Below are positions 28,572-42,994 of a stretch of DNA of 64,000 nucleotides, piece after piece. The stretch lies in the NCBI GenBank assembly GCA_964016885.1, contig OZ024743.1, positions 9,920,001 through 9,984,000 on the forward strand, in the 5' to 3' direction. This stretch comes from Eledone cirrhosa. Its lineage: Eukaryota. Within the stretch, counting starts at the first letter, position 1; each line of letters starts with the position of its first letter. The position numbers were made by a program, and so were the translations under genes. Below the pieces are notes generated by a model. It did not search any database, was not told where the DNA came from, and saw only the letters and a list, made by a program, of their open reading frames with translations.

Positions 28572-30583
28572 TATAGTACATATAATGTTAGGCAATTTAA
28601 TTTACCATAGAGTATGGTAACATACACGGAAAATACTTTATTGAACCGCAGATACGTCTATGATGACATCCATTTTAGCTTCTAAAGGTACACGGAAATA
28701 GCTGTTGCTGTTCAAATGTACTGATAATATAGTATGTCTGAGAGGTATTTAACTTCATTTGATTTAAATATTTCATTTTTCCACCGATTAAATATTCCAT
28801 GTTGGGGGAAGCAGAATATTTTTTGGGCTGGTTGAAATAAAGCTAATAAAAAGATGATCTGTGAACTTTAAAATTTAAGTAATCTCAGGCAACTACCATT
28901 TCATTCATATGGATTACTATAATAAATACTTGTTATACTTTGTGCTTAATTGTTAGGAGATAATTTTGTATCGTACCACTTTCTTGTATAGAACCCAAAA
29001 CAGACGCATTAGTATGTACACGCGACATCGACCTCTTCACAAAAAAAAATATATAACAGTTATTGCTCAGAGAAAGAATGGCTATCAAGTTACATGTTAA
29101 CTAGCTGTTATCTACTTTGTTAATGATCTGACTGAAAGACAGGTCATTAGCATCTACACAAAAACAAATTAATCGCAGTAAATGGAATTTACGAATGTTA
29201 GATTTCGTAATATCGTAACAGCTGATCTTATAAAAGCGAAAATGGACTACTTAAATTTTCCCAAGAAGTAAATCTAGAATCAAATTACCGCTTACTTTTA
29301 TATTTGATCACAGAATAAAAATAAGAAACGTCAGTAAGTTAGTGCAATTGTTTGCTGAGAATGAATGAATTCAGTTTAAGTAATTATGAAATTACTTTAA
29401 ACTGATTGTTTGTAATCTTTGTAGAATTCCAAATACATTTAGCTACATGACAAAAGATAACTCAAACATCTTGTAATACTTAACATAGATGGGAGTTTAA
29501 TTGGCAAATAAAACAAACAAGCAGCTTAAACTAGTGCATATATTGTATACTGATTCGAACAAAAATATATAGACAGATAGTGAAAATTATTACAGTGCCA
29601 CTAAAAGATAAAATAATAGATCGTTGTTAAACTGCTATATAGATCAAATATTTGGAATACGAATAACGATAGGATGAAGAAGAAATAGTAGGCGAATAAA
29701 TACTAGTTTAAATACAACCGGGAATATATTGAATATCATACCTAATATAAACCGACCCACATTGTAAAGAGGTCACATTTCTTACTCTGAACTCTAAAAA
29801 TAAGACATTTACTGTTGAATGAACATTCACAATCGAATGAAATATTTGCTATAAAGTGGATGTTCATCGTAAACATATACCGTTAAAAACGGTCAGACAA
29901 TATTTAATCCATTTCTTCGTGACATGCGAAGAACAAACGTTCAGATAACTTACATACGAGCTAGTTGTTGAGCAAGACATTCTAGATTGTTTTCTGTTAA
30001 AACAGTACATTAGTTTTCAAATAAAGTGCTTTCTATTTATAAAACTAGAAATATGCTTCAAAACATTTGAATTTAAGTATTTTCTTTATAAAAACAGCAT
30101 TTTCCCCATATGATTTTATAATATTTTAATAGTTATTAGAGATTCTGATAATTTTATTTTTGCCGAAAAATATATTGATTATTTTCCTTTTATATTATAT
30201 TTCTACCGATTTCATCGCAGAACATTATCCATTTATGTCTCCAAGCTTAGCTCTCTACTGTAATGGATTATTTTTTCCACATCAACCGAAATTCTTTGAC
30301 TGCTTTCCATTGGATTCGATTTATGGATTTAGTCTCCTTCTACATATATTTTTATACGTCAAACAATGAGAAAATTATCTCTCCCCACACACAAATGTGA
30401 GTATGTGTGCAATTTCTTCAGCATTTGTAGCATATACTATTATGTGTAAAATTAGTTTAAAGTTCATACATACATGCAAAAATACACACATACTTACATA
30501 CATATTTGTGTATATATATATATATATATATACAATTATGTATAAAATTAGTTTAAAGTTCATACAAACATATATATATATAG

Positions 30584-30771
30584 TTGTTTCTACTATTGGC
30601 ACAAGGCCAGCAATTATCCCAGTGAATTACTGGTACTTTATTTTATCGACCCCGTAAGGATAAAAGGCTAAGTTAACCGCGGTGGGATTTGAACTCAGAG
30701 TGTAAAGGGGCGTAACTCTATGCTAGAAGGCATGGCGTCCGACCCTCTACCGATACTGCCAATTCACCGCC
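30584..30771 (-). mobile_element. tRNA-derived SINE
   Basis: Family match, full length. Confidence 0.9.
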
Positions 30772-31934
30772 CTTATATAATGAAGCATGTAAGCACTTAT
30801 ATGTTTAAGTTTATATGCATGGAGCAAGAATGTGGCAGTATATAAAACTGTCGCTGTCAGAACAATGTCCAGTTACTGATTGAAAGATCAGCAGTGCGTA
30901 TTCCATCACCGACGTTGAACTGTGCCGATAGCTAAGAGATTTAACTCTACTTTGACCGATTCCATTTAACTATGAATAACTTTCAGGTATCAGCAGTGCT
31001 TACCAGTCTAAGTAGTAGCGCAGCACTGCATAATTGGCAACAATTTCCATAGATAGCAGGGCTAAATTTAAATGTCAATAGCTTTTCTTCCTATATTCAA
31101 CACTCATGTGTTATAACTCACCTAAATGAATATAGCTATTTGTAATATTGTAATACCGGTATGGATCTAGTTAGCTACTTTATTGTTATTTTGTCTAAAT
31201 TTCTTAAAGTTTATATTTCTTTTCTCAAATATTTGAAATATAGTCGTCGGAAATTCAATGTCTATAACAGTTAAACAAGTTGGATGGATAAGAATACTTA
31301 TATCAAATTGAAACCTGCATCACGCTGATGCCATGTGAATGTTACCTAGCTTTATTCTGTCATCTTTTAACTAGAAATATAAACATCCGGTTGACTTAAG
31401 TAACGTTGGGAATATTTGAAATTTGAAATATAATATACTCATTCGAATGTAAATATCTAAAATAATAGTCAGTCACTATATCTAATAATCGGAAAAAATA
31501 AAGTAATGCGAGTTTCGATTTATCAGTCTATTTTTCCCTCTGCAGGTTGGGGGGGGGGGGCTTTCCACAGTGTTCTCGACTATTATTCATAGTGATTTAC
31601 AGAAATAGACTATTTTTAAAATCTTTTACGAATGACTATATTTCAAATCTCAAAGTTTTACAATGTTTATTTTAAAGGACGTCCTGTGAATTAATTGGTG
31701 GACTGAAATAAATAATTTACAACGTTAATTGTTTCCAACTTTCTCTCCAGGCAAACAAACTAATGCTATTACACTATATATGCTATTACCTAAGTTTTAA
31801 ATAATATTACACTAACATTTGTTGCATAGATTCTCCAAAAGCTCATTGATAATGTAAGGTCAACTAAACCTCATTGAGACTAGCATTTAATTTGCAGATA
31901 ACGAATTAAAAAAAATAATTTAGAGACAACACCA

Positions 31935-32110
31935 GAAGCTTGTGGGTGGGGGACGACAAAGCCGATTAAATTATATTCATATATTAAGTGATATTATGTT
32001 TTATTGACCACGGAAGGATGAAAAGTAAATTTGATTTCAGTGGGATTAGAACTCAGAAACTGCAGGGACGGATGAAGTAGAGCAAGACATTTTGTCCAGC
32101 GCTGTAAAGT
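31935..32110 (-). mobile_element. Old, diverged related SINE (another at ~9920-10030)
   Basis: TTTATTGACCACGGAAGGATGAAAAGTAAATTTGA..GGGATTAGAACTCAG resembles the SINE core. Confidence 0.6.
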
Positions 32111-33296
32111 TCCTTATACGAAAAATATAACATATTAATGCCAGTGTATATACCTATGAACACATCGGATGTTAAAATATTTAATCTACTAAAAACAATT
32201 AATCAAGCCAAACAGTAGAAAATTGCCATATATAATCCCTTTTAACAACATTCTATTCAATCCGATAATATTTCCATAAATTGTCATCGGTATTATATAT
32301 GCTTATTTCGAATGAAATTATGTAATAGAAATAAAACTATCAACGTTTTTACTGAGACATTGGTTATGTAGCTAATAAGAGATAAAAAATTGTTTTACCA
32401 GAAATATTTAATATTATTCAATTTAACTTACATTGTCGAAAATTAAGTGAAATCGAATTAAGTCTTAAAGGCTTACAACAATATGTTAAATTCAGCAATT
32501 ACCAATAAATGGTATTGTTACTAGATATACTAGTATAATAAACCTTTTCAATAAAAATAACATATTTTATTAAATCCTTAATTCATTGAATGGTTTAAAC
32601 TTTGATTAACAATGATATTACAGATTTATTTGTGAGAATATTTTCACGTACGTCAAAGACAAAATCGGGAAGAAAACAACCAATATATGACCCAAAATAT
32701 CCACACAGAAATAAAAAAAAAACGTCTAGATGAAATACATAAAAAAAAACAACCAGAATCAATCATTATAAAGCGGCCAATAGTAACATGCCAACTCATG
32801 CGAAAATAATGAATGAAGGACAGAGATGTTCATGCCAATATGATAGTTGCCAATTACTAAGAGTAATTGAAGTAATTTAAACTGTGGAAACTTGCCCAAA
32901 TCTCAATAGAACCTCTTTTATGCAATTACAAAGTGAGAAACCTTACAAACATACCATATTTATACATACCATCTAATTAAACAGAAATAGCTTTGTTGTT
33001 AAAGCGTTATTCCTAAAGGAGGGTTACATAACTTTCTAAAAATCTGACAAATTAACCTTAATAAAGTAGAAATACCTGCCACAAAAATACACCGCCTAAC
33101 AATGTACATGAGATCCAGTTATACAATACTAATCAAACGAAAACATGCACGAATAAATCCGCACGCACATAGATGCAAACACATACACACTCAAATACAC
33201 ATGCACACACATTTGCACATACCTCTGCGCGGACATACACATACAAACACTTATATGCATGTATACATGCATGTATGTATGTATATATGTATGTAT

Positions 33297-33350
<54 letters not shown>

Positions 33351-33407
33351 AACCCATGCGCCTCTATATATAAATGAGATGGTGTCTTACATGTGGGACA
33401 AACCTCG

Positions 33408-33570
<163 letters not shown>

Positions 33571-34516
33571 GTATATATATATATGTATATATATATATGT
33601 ACTTAGTACATTTAGTACTACATATATATATACATATGTACTTAGTATATTTAGTACTTCTTGATAGACTACACACTAATTTATAGATAAGATACTTAAA
33701 TTTAGAAATTGTTTATTACCTTATATGATAGGGACTCATTTGAAACACCATTAATGTACTTTAGGATAATATATTTAACTATGGAAATCAGCTAGTTACC
33801 TCCCCTTACGCATTAACTCCCCTTACGCATTAACTCCCCTTAATCACACACAAACTTCCGGAATATAATACGATGTCAACTCTCACAACAAAAACAACCT
33901 GCTCTATAGAATCGAATAGAGTACGACAAGCTATGATTTTCTAACACGGTTCACCAGGCACCCAATGTTGAATCATCGTGGATTGTGTGATGGACATGTA
34001 GTCTATAAATTGCGTTTCCTGGATTGTGTGAGTGGTGGTGTATGCGAGGACAGTGGTGCTGTTTTGCTTCTCATTTGTAATATTTTTGATATTTTTGATA
34101 TTTTTGGTGTTTCTCTACACACGGGCTTCTATATCGTACAGGTGTGTGTGAAAAATGCTTTAACAGTACAGCCCCCATGATGCTATTGATTGCCTGATTT
34201 GACAGCTTGTTTTACATGTAACAATCTGCCGCAAAATAGGACACGCGTGCATGCCACACGTGAGACTGTTGCATACACTGGCTACTCCAAACTTTCCTCT
34301 TGCTTTATCTTCATAAACTTCCAATGTTTTATTTTAATTTTTATTTTAATTTTAACTTTAATTTTGTCCTTTAATATGACGGCAATCTTTGTATGTAAAT
34401 TGCCATGCTATATTATTATGATGGATGTCAACCCACTGTGGGTTAATATATACATATGTTTCTATATGTCTCTTGTGTTGAAGAGGAGGTCAAGAATGTG
34501 AAAAATCACTAAATAG

Positions 34517-34565
34517 TTGCTCCGAAGAATCCAAACCTCGGTTTGGAGGAAACAATTGTAAGCAA
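34517..34565 (+). ncRNA. Type I hammerhead with core variant CCGAAGA, at the 3' end of a decayed PLE fragment (~33690-34605)
   Basis: TTGCT-CCGAAGA-ATCCAAACCTCGGTTTGGAG-GAAACAATTGTA-AGCAA, then AATAAA and (TA)n. Confidence 0.75.
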
Positions 34566-34613
34566 ATAAATGATTTAAACTGACCTTTGATTCATGTAAT
34601 TTCTATATATATC

Positions 34614-34753
<140 letters not shown>

Positions 34754-34938
34754 GTATATATATATGTATATATATATATATATGTATATATATATGTATA
34801 TATATATGTATATATATATATATGTATATATGTATATATGTATATATATATATATATGTATATATATATGTATATATGTATATATATATATATATGTATA
34901 TATATATGTATATATATATATGTATATATATATATATG

Positions 34939-34989
<51 letters not shown>

Positions 34990-35435
34990 GTATATGTATA
35001 TATATGTATATGTATATATATATATGTATATATATATATATGTATATATTTATATGTATGTATATATATATATTCTTCCCCCAACCCTTGCTTTCACATA
35101 CACACACACACACACACACACGTACACCTACACACACACACACCACCTTCAGCCCTCCCCGCTCGGACACCCCGTCTCCCTCTCCCCACTCCACCCGCCA
35201 CCACCCCTACACACCCCAAACCCTTCCACCACCTGTTTTACCCCTTTTTAATTTCAGTTTATTTTGATCATGCTTTTATATTTATTTTTATTTCATTTCA
35301 TTTTATTTTGATCATGCTTTATTTTTATTTTTATTTTTAATTTCATTCGCACCGTTTCCTCCTACCCCCTTTTTGCTATATGTCTCTCCACCACTCCCAT
35401 ACACACCCTTTGAACTCTCTTCCCAAACACTTCTC

Positions 35436-35467
35436 ACTTGAGGAAGGGCTTATGCCCGAAACGTCGT
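35436..35467 (+). ncRNA. Minimal pLTR hammerhead-like motif (5' pLTR)
   Basis: TTGAGGA-AGGGCTTATGCCC-GAAACGTC; core begins with U instead of C; weak stem I. Confidence 0.65.
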
Positions 35468-35967
35468 TCCCCACCACCACCCCACTCTCCATAAACATTC
35501 GTTGTACAGCCTCTCTGTTTTGTTCCTGTTCAAATTTTCCATTATATATAATACACGCTCACACGGCTTCCATTCCTTTGGAACATAACTTAACTACCGG
35601 CTCAACCCCGATCTAATCCGCCGTGACAATTCTCCGAACTTTACACACCTTCCCACACTTGGTCTTTCCTTCCACGCATTACCTTTGTTTGATTTTGTTA
35701 CTGTACTTGTTTATTTCCGTATATGATTCTTTGCCTGTGTTCTTACAATTTTATTTCTATGATTTTTTGTTCACGATTGCCTGTGTTTTTACCTTTATGA
35801 TTTTTTATCTTTAATTTTCCTGTGTATACTCTCCCCTCCTTACGTTTTTCTGTTTCATTTTCCCTTCCCCGTCTCTGCCTATCCTTCGCACTCACTCCTT
35901 CGTTCACTCCACCCCGCTTCACACACCTGCTTTCTCATCCCTCCCCTGCTTTCACCCAACGCCCACC

Positions 35968-38724
35968 ATGCCCAGCCTGAGATCCTTTTTCCACCATCTA
36001 CATACTAGCCTCAAACTTTTCCTCACCCCCCTCCTCCCACCCTGCTATCTCCCCTCTGCCCTTCAACTCTCCTACCTTCTCTTCGCCAAAACCCGGCACT
36101 CCAGCCACATCCATTTCCTCAGCCACTGCCTCCGCCTCCACCTTATCCCCCTCGGCTTCCGTCTACACTTCCACCCTTCCCCCGCCGCTTCCCCCTCCAC
36201 GCAACGTATCCTCACCCGATCCTCACGCCTCCTGATGCGCAACTCCATCCGCACCTCCCGTTCCACCCTCCGCCAACTTGACCACCAACTGACCCCCACC
36301 CTCCTCCGCCTTAACTCCACCTGCCACCCCCTCCTCGCCCAAGCCATCCTCTCCTTCATCCAAAACCTCAACCACAACCTCTTCTCCTTCCTCAGCTCCA
36401 CCAAAGCCCGTAAGCTACACTCACTCTTCCCAACCACCCCCATCCACCACCACCCGCCCATCCCCATACGCCCACCACTCTCCACCCCTCCCTCGACCCA
36501 CACCCCTACCCAATCTCCACCCTCCACCTCACCCCTCACCACACCCTCCCTTCCCCTCACACACCCAAACCCCACCACTTGTGGTCACTATACCCCTGAC
36601 CTCCCCCTCTCCGCACCTGAGCGCTCACTCCTTAGTAGAGGCCTTCGCTTCATACCCCACACTCCGCACAGCGACGAGTTCCGCACCCGAACGGAAGTCG
36701 AGCGATTCGTGCGACGCACGAAGCTACAGGCACATTTCGGCCGAACGCCACCGGCTCCGGACGCCCCAGACCCGTTTCTCGCCCTGGGCCGACGACCATC
36801 TTCTTGGACGCCGGCTCCAGGGCAATTTAGCACCCTGGACGCGTTCGTCAATGCCAGCGGTAGCGCAGTAAATCGTTTCGACTTCCGCCACCGTTCCAAA
36901 CGGAATAATATCTCACGGGGCGAACTCCTCGCTCTCCGCTCCCTCCGTAGCCGAGATGACATCGTCATCAAACCGGCGGACAAGGGAGGCGCCGTGGTGA
37001 TGTGGCGCGCGGACCTCTACACGGCCGAAGCCCTCAGGCAGCTCTGTAACCCCCTCTTCTACCGCCCTCTACCCTCCGATCCCACACCCCTCTATCAACA
37101 ACAAGTTTCCTCCACCATCCAACACCATGTCTCCCCCCCCCCCCCACCGCTTCCCACCTCATCGTCCGCACCCCCCGCACCCCCCGCACCCCCACCATCT
37201 ACTTCCTCCCCAAACTCCACAAACCCGACAACCCCGGCCGCCCCATCGTCTCTGCTTGCAACTGCCCAACCGAACTCATCTCCGCCTTTCTCGACCCCAT
37301 CCTCGCCCCCCTTGTCACCACCCTGCCCTCCCACATCTCCGACACCAACCACGCCCTGCGCCTTTTCGACTCCTTCACTTACCCACCCGGCCCACAGCCC
37401 TTCCTCTTCACCCTAGACATCAAGTCCCTCTATACCGTCATCCCCCACGCCGACGGCCTACGCGCCCTCAAACACTACCTCGACCTTCGCCCCTCCCCCA
37501 TTCCCTCCACCCCCACCTTCGCCTCGCCGAGCTGGTCCTCACCTCAATTGTTTCTCCTTCTCGGGTGAGTTTTACCAACAGGTCACGTGGGTAGCCATGG
37601 GTACAAGAATGGGCCCGAACTATGCCAACGTTTTTGTTGGCCATGTTGAGGCCCAAATCTTTGCCCAGTACACCGGCCCCACGCCCGAACTGTACGGTCG
37701 TTACATTGACGACTGTATCGGAGCCACGACCCTCACCCGAGAACAGCTCGACTCCTTTCTCTCCTTCTTCTGCTCCTTCCACCCCTCCTTCCACTTCACC
37801 ACCTCTATCTCCACCACCCACGTCCACTTCTTAGACATCTCCGTCGCCTTCGACCCCTCCCACCACTCCCTCGTCACCTCCGCCTTCTTCAAACCCACCG
37901 ACTTCCACTCTTACCTCGACTTCACCTCTTCCCACCCCACACACACTAAACACTCTATTCCCTACACCCAACTCCTCAGGATCCGCCGCCTCTGTAGCCG
38001 AGATGCTGACTTCGAGAACCAGGCCATTTCCATAGTCAGCCATTTCATCCGCAGAGGTTACCCCCCTCTCTCGTCCACACCGCTCTCACCCGCGCCCGTG
38101 CTGTCCACCGCTCCACCACCCTCACCCCACGCCACCTCACACCCACCCTCCGTCTCCCCTTCCCCATCGCCTACCCCCTCCACCTTACACCTCCACCGCA
38201 CCATCCGCCGCCTCTTCCGACGCCTCTAGTCCGACCCCTCCACCTCCCACATCTTCCCAACACCACCACTCCCCTCCTTCAAAAGCGCACGCAATCTCCG
38301 CACCCTCCTCGTCCACAGCTCCCTACCCCCAACCCACGCTCTCCCCGCCCCCCGGTTCCTTTCCCTGTTCTAGGCCCCGCTGGAACACCTGTCCCCACAT
38401 CACCAACACCACCACCTTCCAGGGTCCCAACGGCCACTCTCTCTCTGTCCGGCATGCCTTCCGCTGCACCACCTCCAACCTTGTCTACGGACGTCGCCTG
38501 GCGGACCGATTCACTGAGCACCTCCGGGATATTCGTCTCGGTGGTAGTTCCCCCATCGCCCGCCACTTTGGTGCCCCTGGACATTCCGCACGCCATCTCA
38601 CAGTCTGTGGCCTACTCCAATGCCACGGAACACCCGCCAATCTCCTCAGAGTCGAACAATTAATCATCTTCATCTTACAGACCCACACTCCCCCCGGCCT
38701 GAACTCCCCACCCTTATTCCTTTA
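35968..38724 (+). pseudogene. PLE RT-GIY-YIG polyprotein, frameshifted
   Basis: SHIHFLSHCL..LIPLGF, IKPADKGGAVV, LDIKSLYT, AMGTRMGPNYAN, RYIDD, KPTD.HSYL, SIPYTQLLR, then SNLVY/GRRLADRFTEHLRDI. Confidence 0.9.
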
Positions 38725-40213
38725 GCCTTCGACCGCCCCCCTACCCCCACACATATCCCCCACTAACACCACTAACACACCCCTCCTTTTCACCGCCCAC
38801 CCCACAACTAACAATACTAACACCTCCACTCCACCCCTCATCCGACCACCCTTCCCCAACTAACATACTAACATCCCTCCCTTCTTCTCCTCCCGCCTCC
38901 TTATCACACGCACACACCCACCGGCACATATATACACGCGCTCACACTAAACACACACCCTACTACTACCACTAACTCTCACCCCACACCTCCATCCCAC
39001 CACCCCGCAACTAACATCACTAACACCCCCTGACCCCAAGCACACGAACACACGCACCCACTTACACCACCCACCCCACACGCAACTAACATCACTAACA
39101 CCCCCCAACCCCACGCACACGTACCAACTCACCCTCGTACACCACCAACTCTACACACCCTACCACCACTAACCCCCAATCACACCTGCATTCAACCCTT
39201 TCTCCACCTCCCGTATACTAACACCCACTAACACCCCCTTCATCAAACTACACACACACCAGCACACCACACTCCCTCCATCGACCCCCACACCCTTCTC
39301 TCCCCGCTCCACCCACACCCTTTCTCCAACCTCACTCAACCCACTAACACCTCTACTAATACACACACACACCCTCCTTCTCCAACTTTCACACCTACCC
39401 ATCCTCGCCCCTTTACCATTCCACCCGACTGCTGCTATGCCCTCTGACCACCACCCAGCACAAACAGACACACAGCACTCCCACCGCCTTGACCACTTCC
39501 TGTTGCGCGCGCACCCCACATCTCTCCTCTTCCGACCGTCTCTTCATGGAATACTCGTATGTGGAGCTTGACCGTGGAATCTACTACCATCATAGGAGTT
39601 TACCAACATTTCAACCACATCCTCTTACGGAATCACCTTTATAACTCACCCACACACACACCCCAAAAAAATGTTTTTCTCCCACACGCCACCTACACCC
39701 ACAACACGCTTAAACCCCACACACACGTGCTTTCCACCACATATTTACACCTTCAGCCTCCGGATTCCTCTCCCCCCACCCCTCTATCCACACACGCACA
39801 CACACTCCGACCTACACCCCACCCCACACACACCTCTTCCTGAACATGCAACCCCGTTCTTCCCCCAACCCTTGCTTTCACATACACACACACACACACA
39901 CGTACACCTACACACACACACCACCTTCAGCCCTCCCCGCTCGGACACCCCGTCTCCCTCTCCCCACTCCACCCGCCACCACCCCTACACACCCCACACC
40001 CTTCCACCACCTGTTTTACCCCTTTTTAATTTCAGTTTATTTTGATCATGCTTTTATATTTATTTTTATTTCATTTCATTTTATTTTGATCATGCTTTAT
40101 TTTTATTTTTATTTTTAATTTCATTCGCACCGTTTCCTCCCACCCCCTTTTCGCTATATGTCTCTCCACCACTCCCCTACACACCCTTTGAACTCTCTTC
40201 CCAAACACTTCTC

Positions 40214-40245
40214 ACTTGAGGAAGGGCTTATGCCCGAAACGTCGT
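40214..40245 (+). ncRNA. Minimal pLTR hammerhead-like motif (3' pLTR)
   Basis: Identical to 35436-35467; AATAAA about 35 nt downstream. Confidence 0.65.
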
Positions 40246-40334
40246 TCCCCACCACCACCCCACTCTCCAGAGCGTGAAATTAATAAACATTCGTTGTACT
40301 GCCTCTCTGTTTTGTTCCTGTTCAAATTTTCCAT

Positions 40335-40389
<55 letters not shown>

Positions 40390-40393
<4 letters not shown>

Positions 40394-41013
40394 AATCAAT
40401 AAAGAATCAAAAAGAACAGATGGTTGTTGAGGTAAAACAGAGGGGAGGATAAAATACGATAATGAAGCCTCCATCTATCATAGATCATAAACCTATCAAC
40501 GTCTACCATCTCCCTAGCACACACACAGTTGGACTAGTCCATATCTAGACTTCATTATCGTATTTTATCCTCCCCTCTATTTTACCTCAACAACCATGAA
40601 AAACCCCCCTATCTCTCTCGTCTTTCTCACATCCTCCTTCTTCTCTACTTCAACTTCACATGAATTCCTATAAAAACCTGAGCATTCTGGTACGGTAAAC
40701 ATAATCTCTGATGATATGGAATCGATTGTGCATTGGATGTCGAATGCTCTACTAACTAAATAATATTATAGATGCAGCGAGATCTAGGCAAATTGATGTC
40801 TATTGAAACGTACGTTAGAACCGAATAAATCTCTTTTACTGCATCTTTCTGTTCTTTTTGATTCTTTATACACGCCCCGGAGTATAGCTAAACTGGAATA
40901 TACACCTATTTTCTACATTTCGTTGAGCACCACTCTGTTGTAAGCTGACCTTCCCCTACACGGTACATAACACTGTGTCCTGGAAAACCTTAATGCACTC
41001 GTGCATAACCAAT
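40390..41013 (+). mobile_element. PLE pLTR remnant with nested inversions
   Basis: Inverted pairs ~40420-40467 / 40550-40597 and 40399-40420 / 40848-40869; contains a hammerhead; (TA)n flanks. Confidence 0.7.
40705..40819 (+). ncRNA. Type I hammerhead with ~90-nt stem II insertion
   Basis: TCT-CTGATGA-TATGGAATCGATT...AATTGATGTCTATT-GAAACGTACGTT-AGA, then AATAAA. Confidence 0.7.
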
Positions 41014-41044
41014 TATATATATATACATACATATATATATATAC

Positions 41045-41111
<67 letters not shown>

Positions 41112-41208
41112 CATATATATATATATACATATATATATATACATATATATATACATATACATATATATATATATACATATATATACATATATATATACAT
41201 ATATATAC

Positions 41209-41290
<82 letters not shown>

Positions 41291-41330
41291 CATATATATA
41301 TGTATATGTATATATATACATATATATATG

Positions 41331-41405
<75 letters not shown>

Positions 41406-41406
41406 G

Positions 41407-41456
<50 letters not shown>

Positions 41457-41469
41457 CATATATATATAA

Positions 41470-41622
<153 letters not shown>

Positions 41623-41629
41623 TATATAA

Positions 41630-41666
<37 letters not shown>

Positions 41667-41690
41667 CATATATATATACATATATATATA

Positions 41691-41728
<38 letters not shown>

Positions 41729-41740
41729 CATATATATATA

Positions 41741-41836
<96 letters not shown>

Positions 41837-41849
41837 AAAATGTAATCAC

Positions 41850-42232
41850 AGTTTTGCGAATATTAATAATATCGTTCGATTCGTTTGCAATTATGCAAAC
41901 AAGCCTCATTTTTATAGCCATGTCAGTAGAATGAACCCTTCGGTCTTGCTCTTGTGTTGGCATGTGAACAGAACTGCAGACACCAATGTTTACCGTTCTG
42001 TTTACTCTTCATCATTACAGCTCACTGTTCACCTACCAACTGTCAGAGCTAGTGAAAATATATGATATTTTCTAAAGTATACAGTGACTGATCGGCCTGA
42101 TTTGCATATTAGCAGACTGGCTGATCAGTCAGATCTGCATATTAACAGATCCACTGATCACTGGCTATAAAATTGAGGCTTGTTTGCATAATTACAAACG
42201 AATCGAATGTTATTATTAATATTCGCAAAACT
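41850..42232. repeat. Fold-back element in (TA)n (arms 41850-41920 / 42162-42232), probably PLE-derived
   Basis: ~70-bp imperfect inverted repeat; no intact hammerhead core found. Confidence 0.75.
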
Positions 42233-42279
42233 CAGATTTCATTTATTGTATTCAGCCATGTAGAGCCAAAGATTTTCTT

Positions 42280-42357
<78 letters not shown>

Positions 42358-42399
42358 TATATGTATATATATATAATATGTATATATATATATAAGTAA

Positions 42400-42650
42400 G
42401 GTTACTACTTTTTATCCGTACGACAAGATAACGCAGCATCTCGTTTGGACATTTTTGCTGTACTGGTTTTACGGCCAAACCAACCGGAAAGGGACCTAGG
42501 GCTAAACCCCGAGCATGATGGTTGGATAACATCTATGAGCTTGGCTGGTCTAGCTTGGGGATCCAGCCGGATCAGCTGGATAAGATTGATTCTAACAGGT
42601 TTTGAGGACGTTTCTCCCACGACCCGCTCAGGAATAAAGAAGATGAAGGA
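42400..42650 (+). mobile_element. 3' fragment of the same RTE family as 5261-5880
   Basis: AAACCAACCGG...GATGGTTGGATAACATC shared; ends GGAATAAAGAAGATGAAG. Confidence 0.75.
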
Positions 42651-42930
42651 ATGTTTGTCTGCTCCTAGAAATTCTTCACCTCTTCTTGTACCTATAATTG
42701 CTTTTCCTGGATAATATCTTAAATGTGTTTTGATCCCTGAAATGCAAGAGCTGACTGTAAATACTGCTGCAATGTCTTCTTTTGGCTCCATTTTCAGCTT
42801 GTTATTAGAAATATTCAACTGTCTCTTCAATCCTCCATATGACTTACAGATTTTTCGACAAACATGACATTGAATCTGGTCATCCGGAATAAAATTCCAA
42901 TAATTCCTGTAGGCATTATCCGCATGCATA
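42650..42930 (-). mobile_element. RTE-like LINE 3' end with decayed C2H2 fingers
   Basis: IQCHVCRKICKSYGGLKRQL...SGIKTHLR. Confidence 0.55.
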
Positions 42931-42994
42931 CGCTGGTATGATCAAAGACCAACGTGAGTTACGCATACTTTTGTCCTTAAGGAACCGTTAAAGA

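Larger units (their letters stand above)
35073..40335 (+). mobile_element. Full-length Neptune-like Penelope-like element with direct pLTRs (35073-35543, 39857-40335), decayed
   Basis: ~470-bp direct repeats, (TA)n flanks, RT and GIY-YIG coding remnants between them. Confidence 0.92.
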
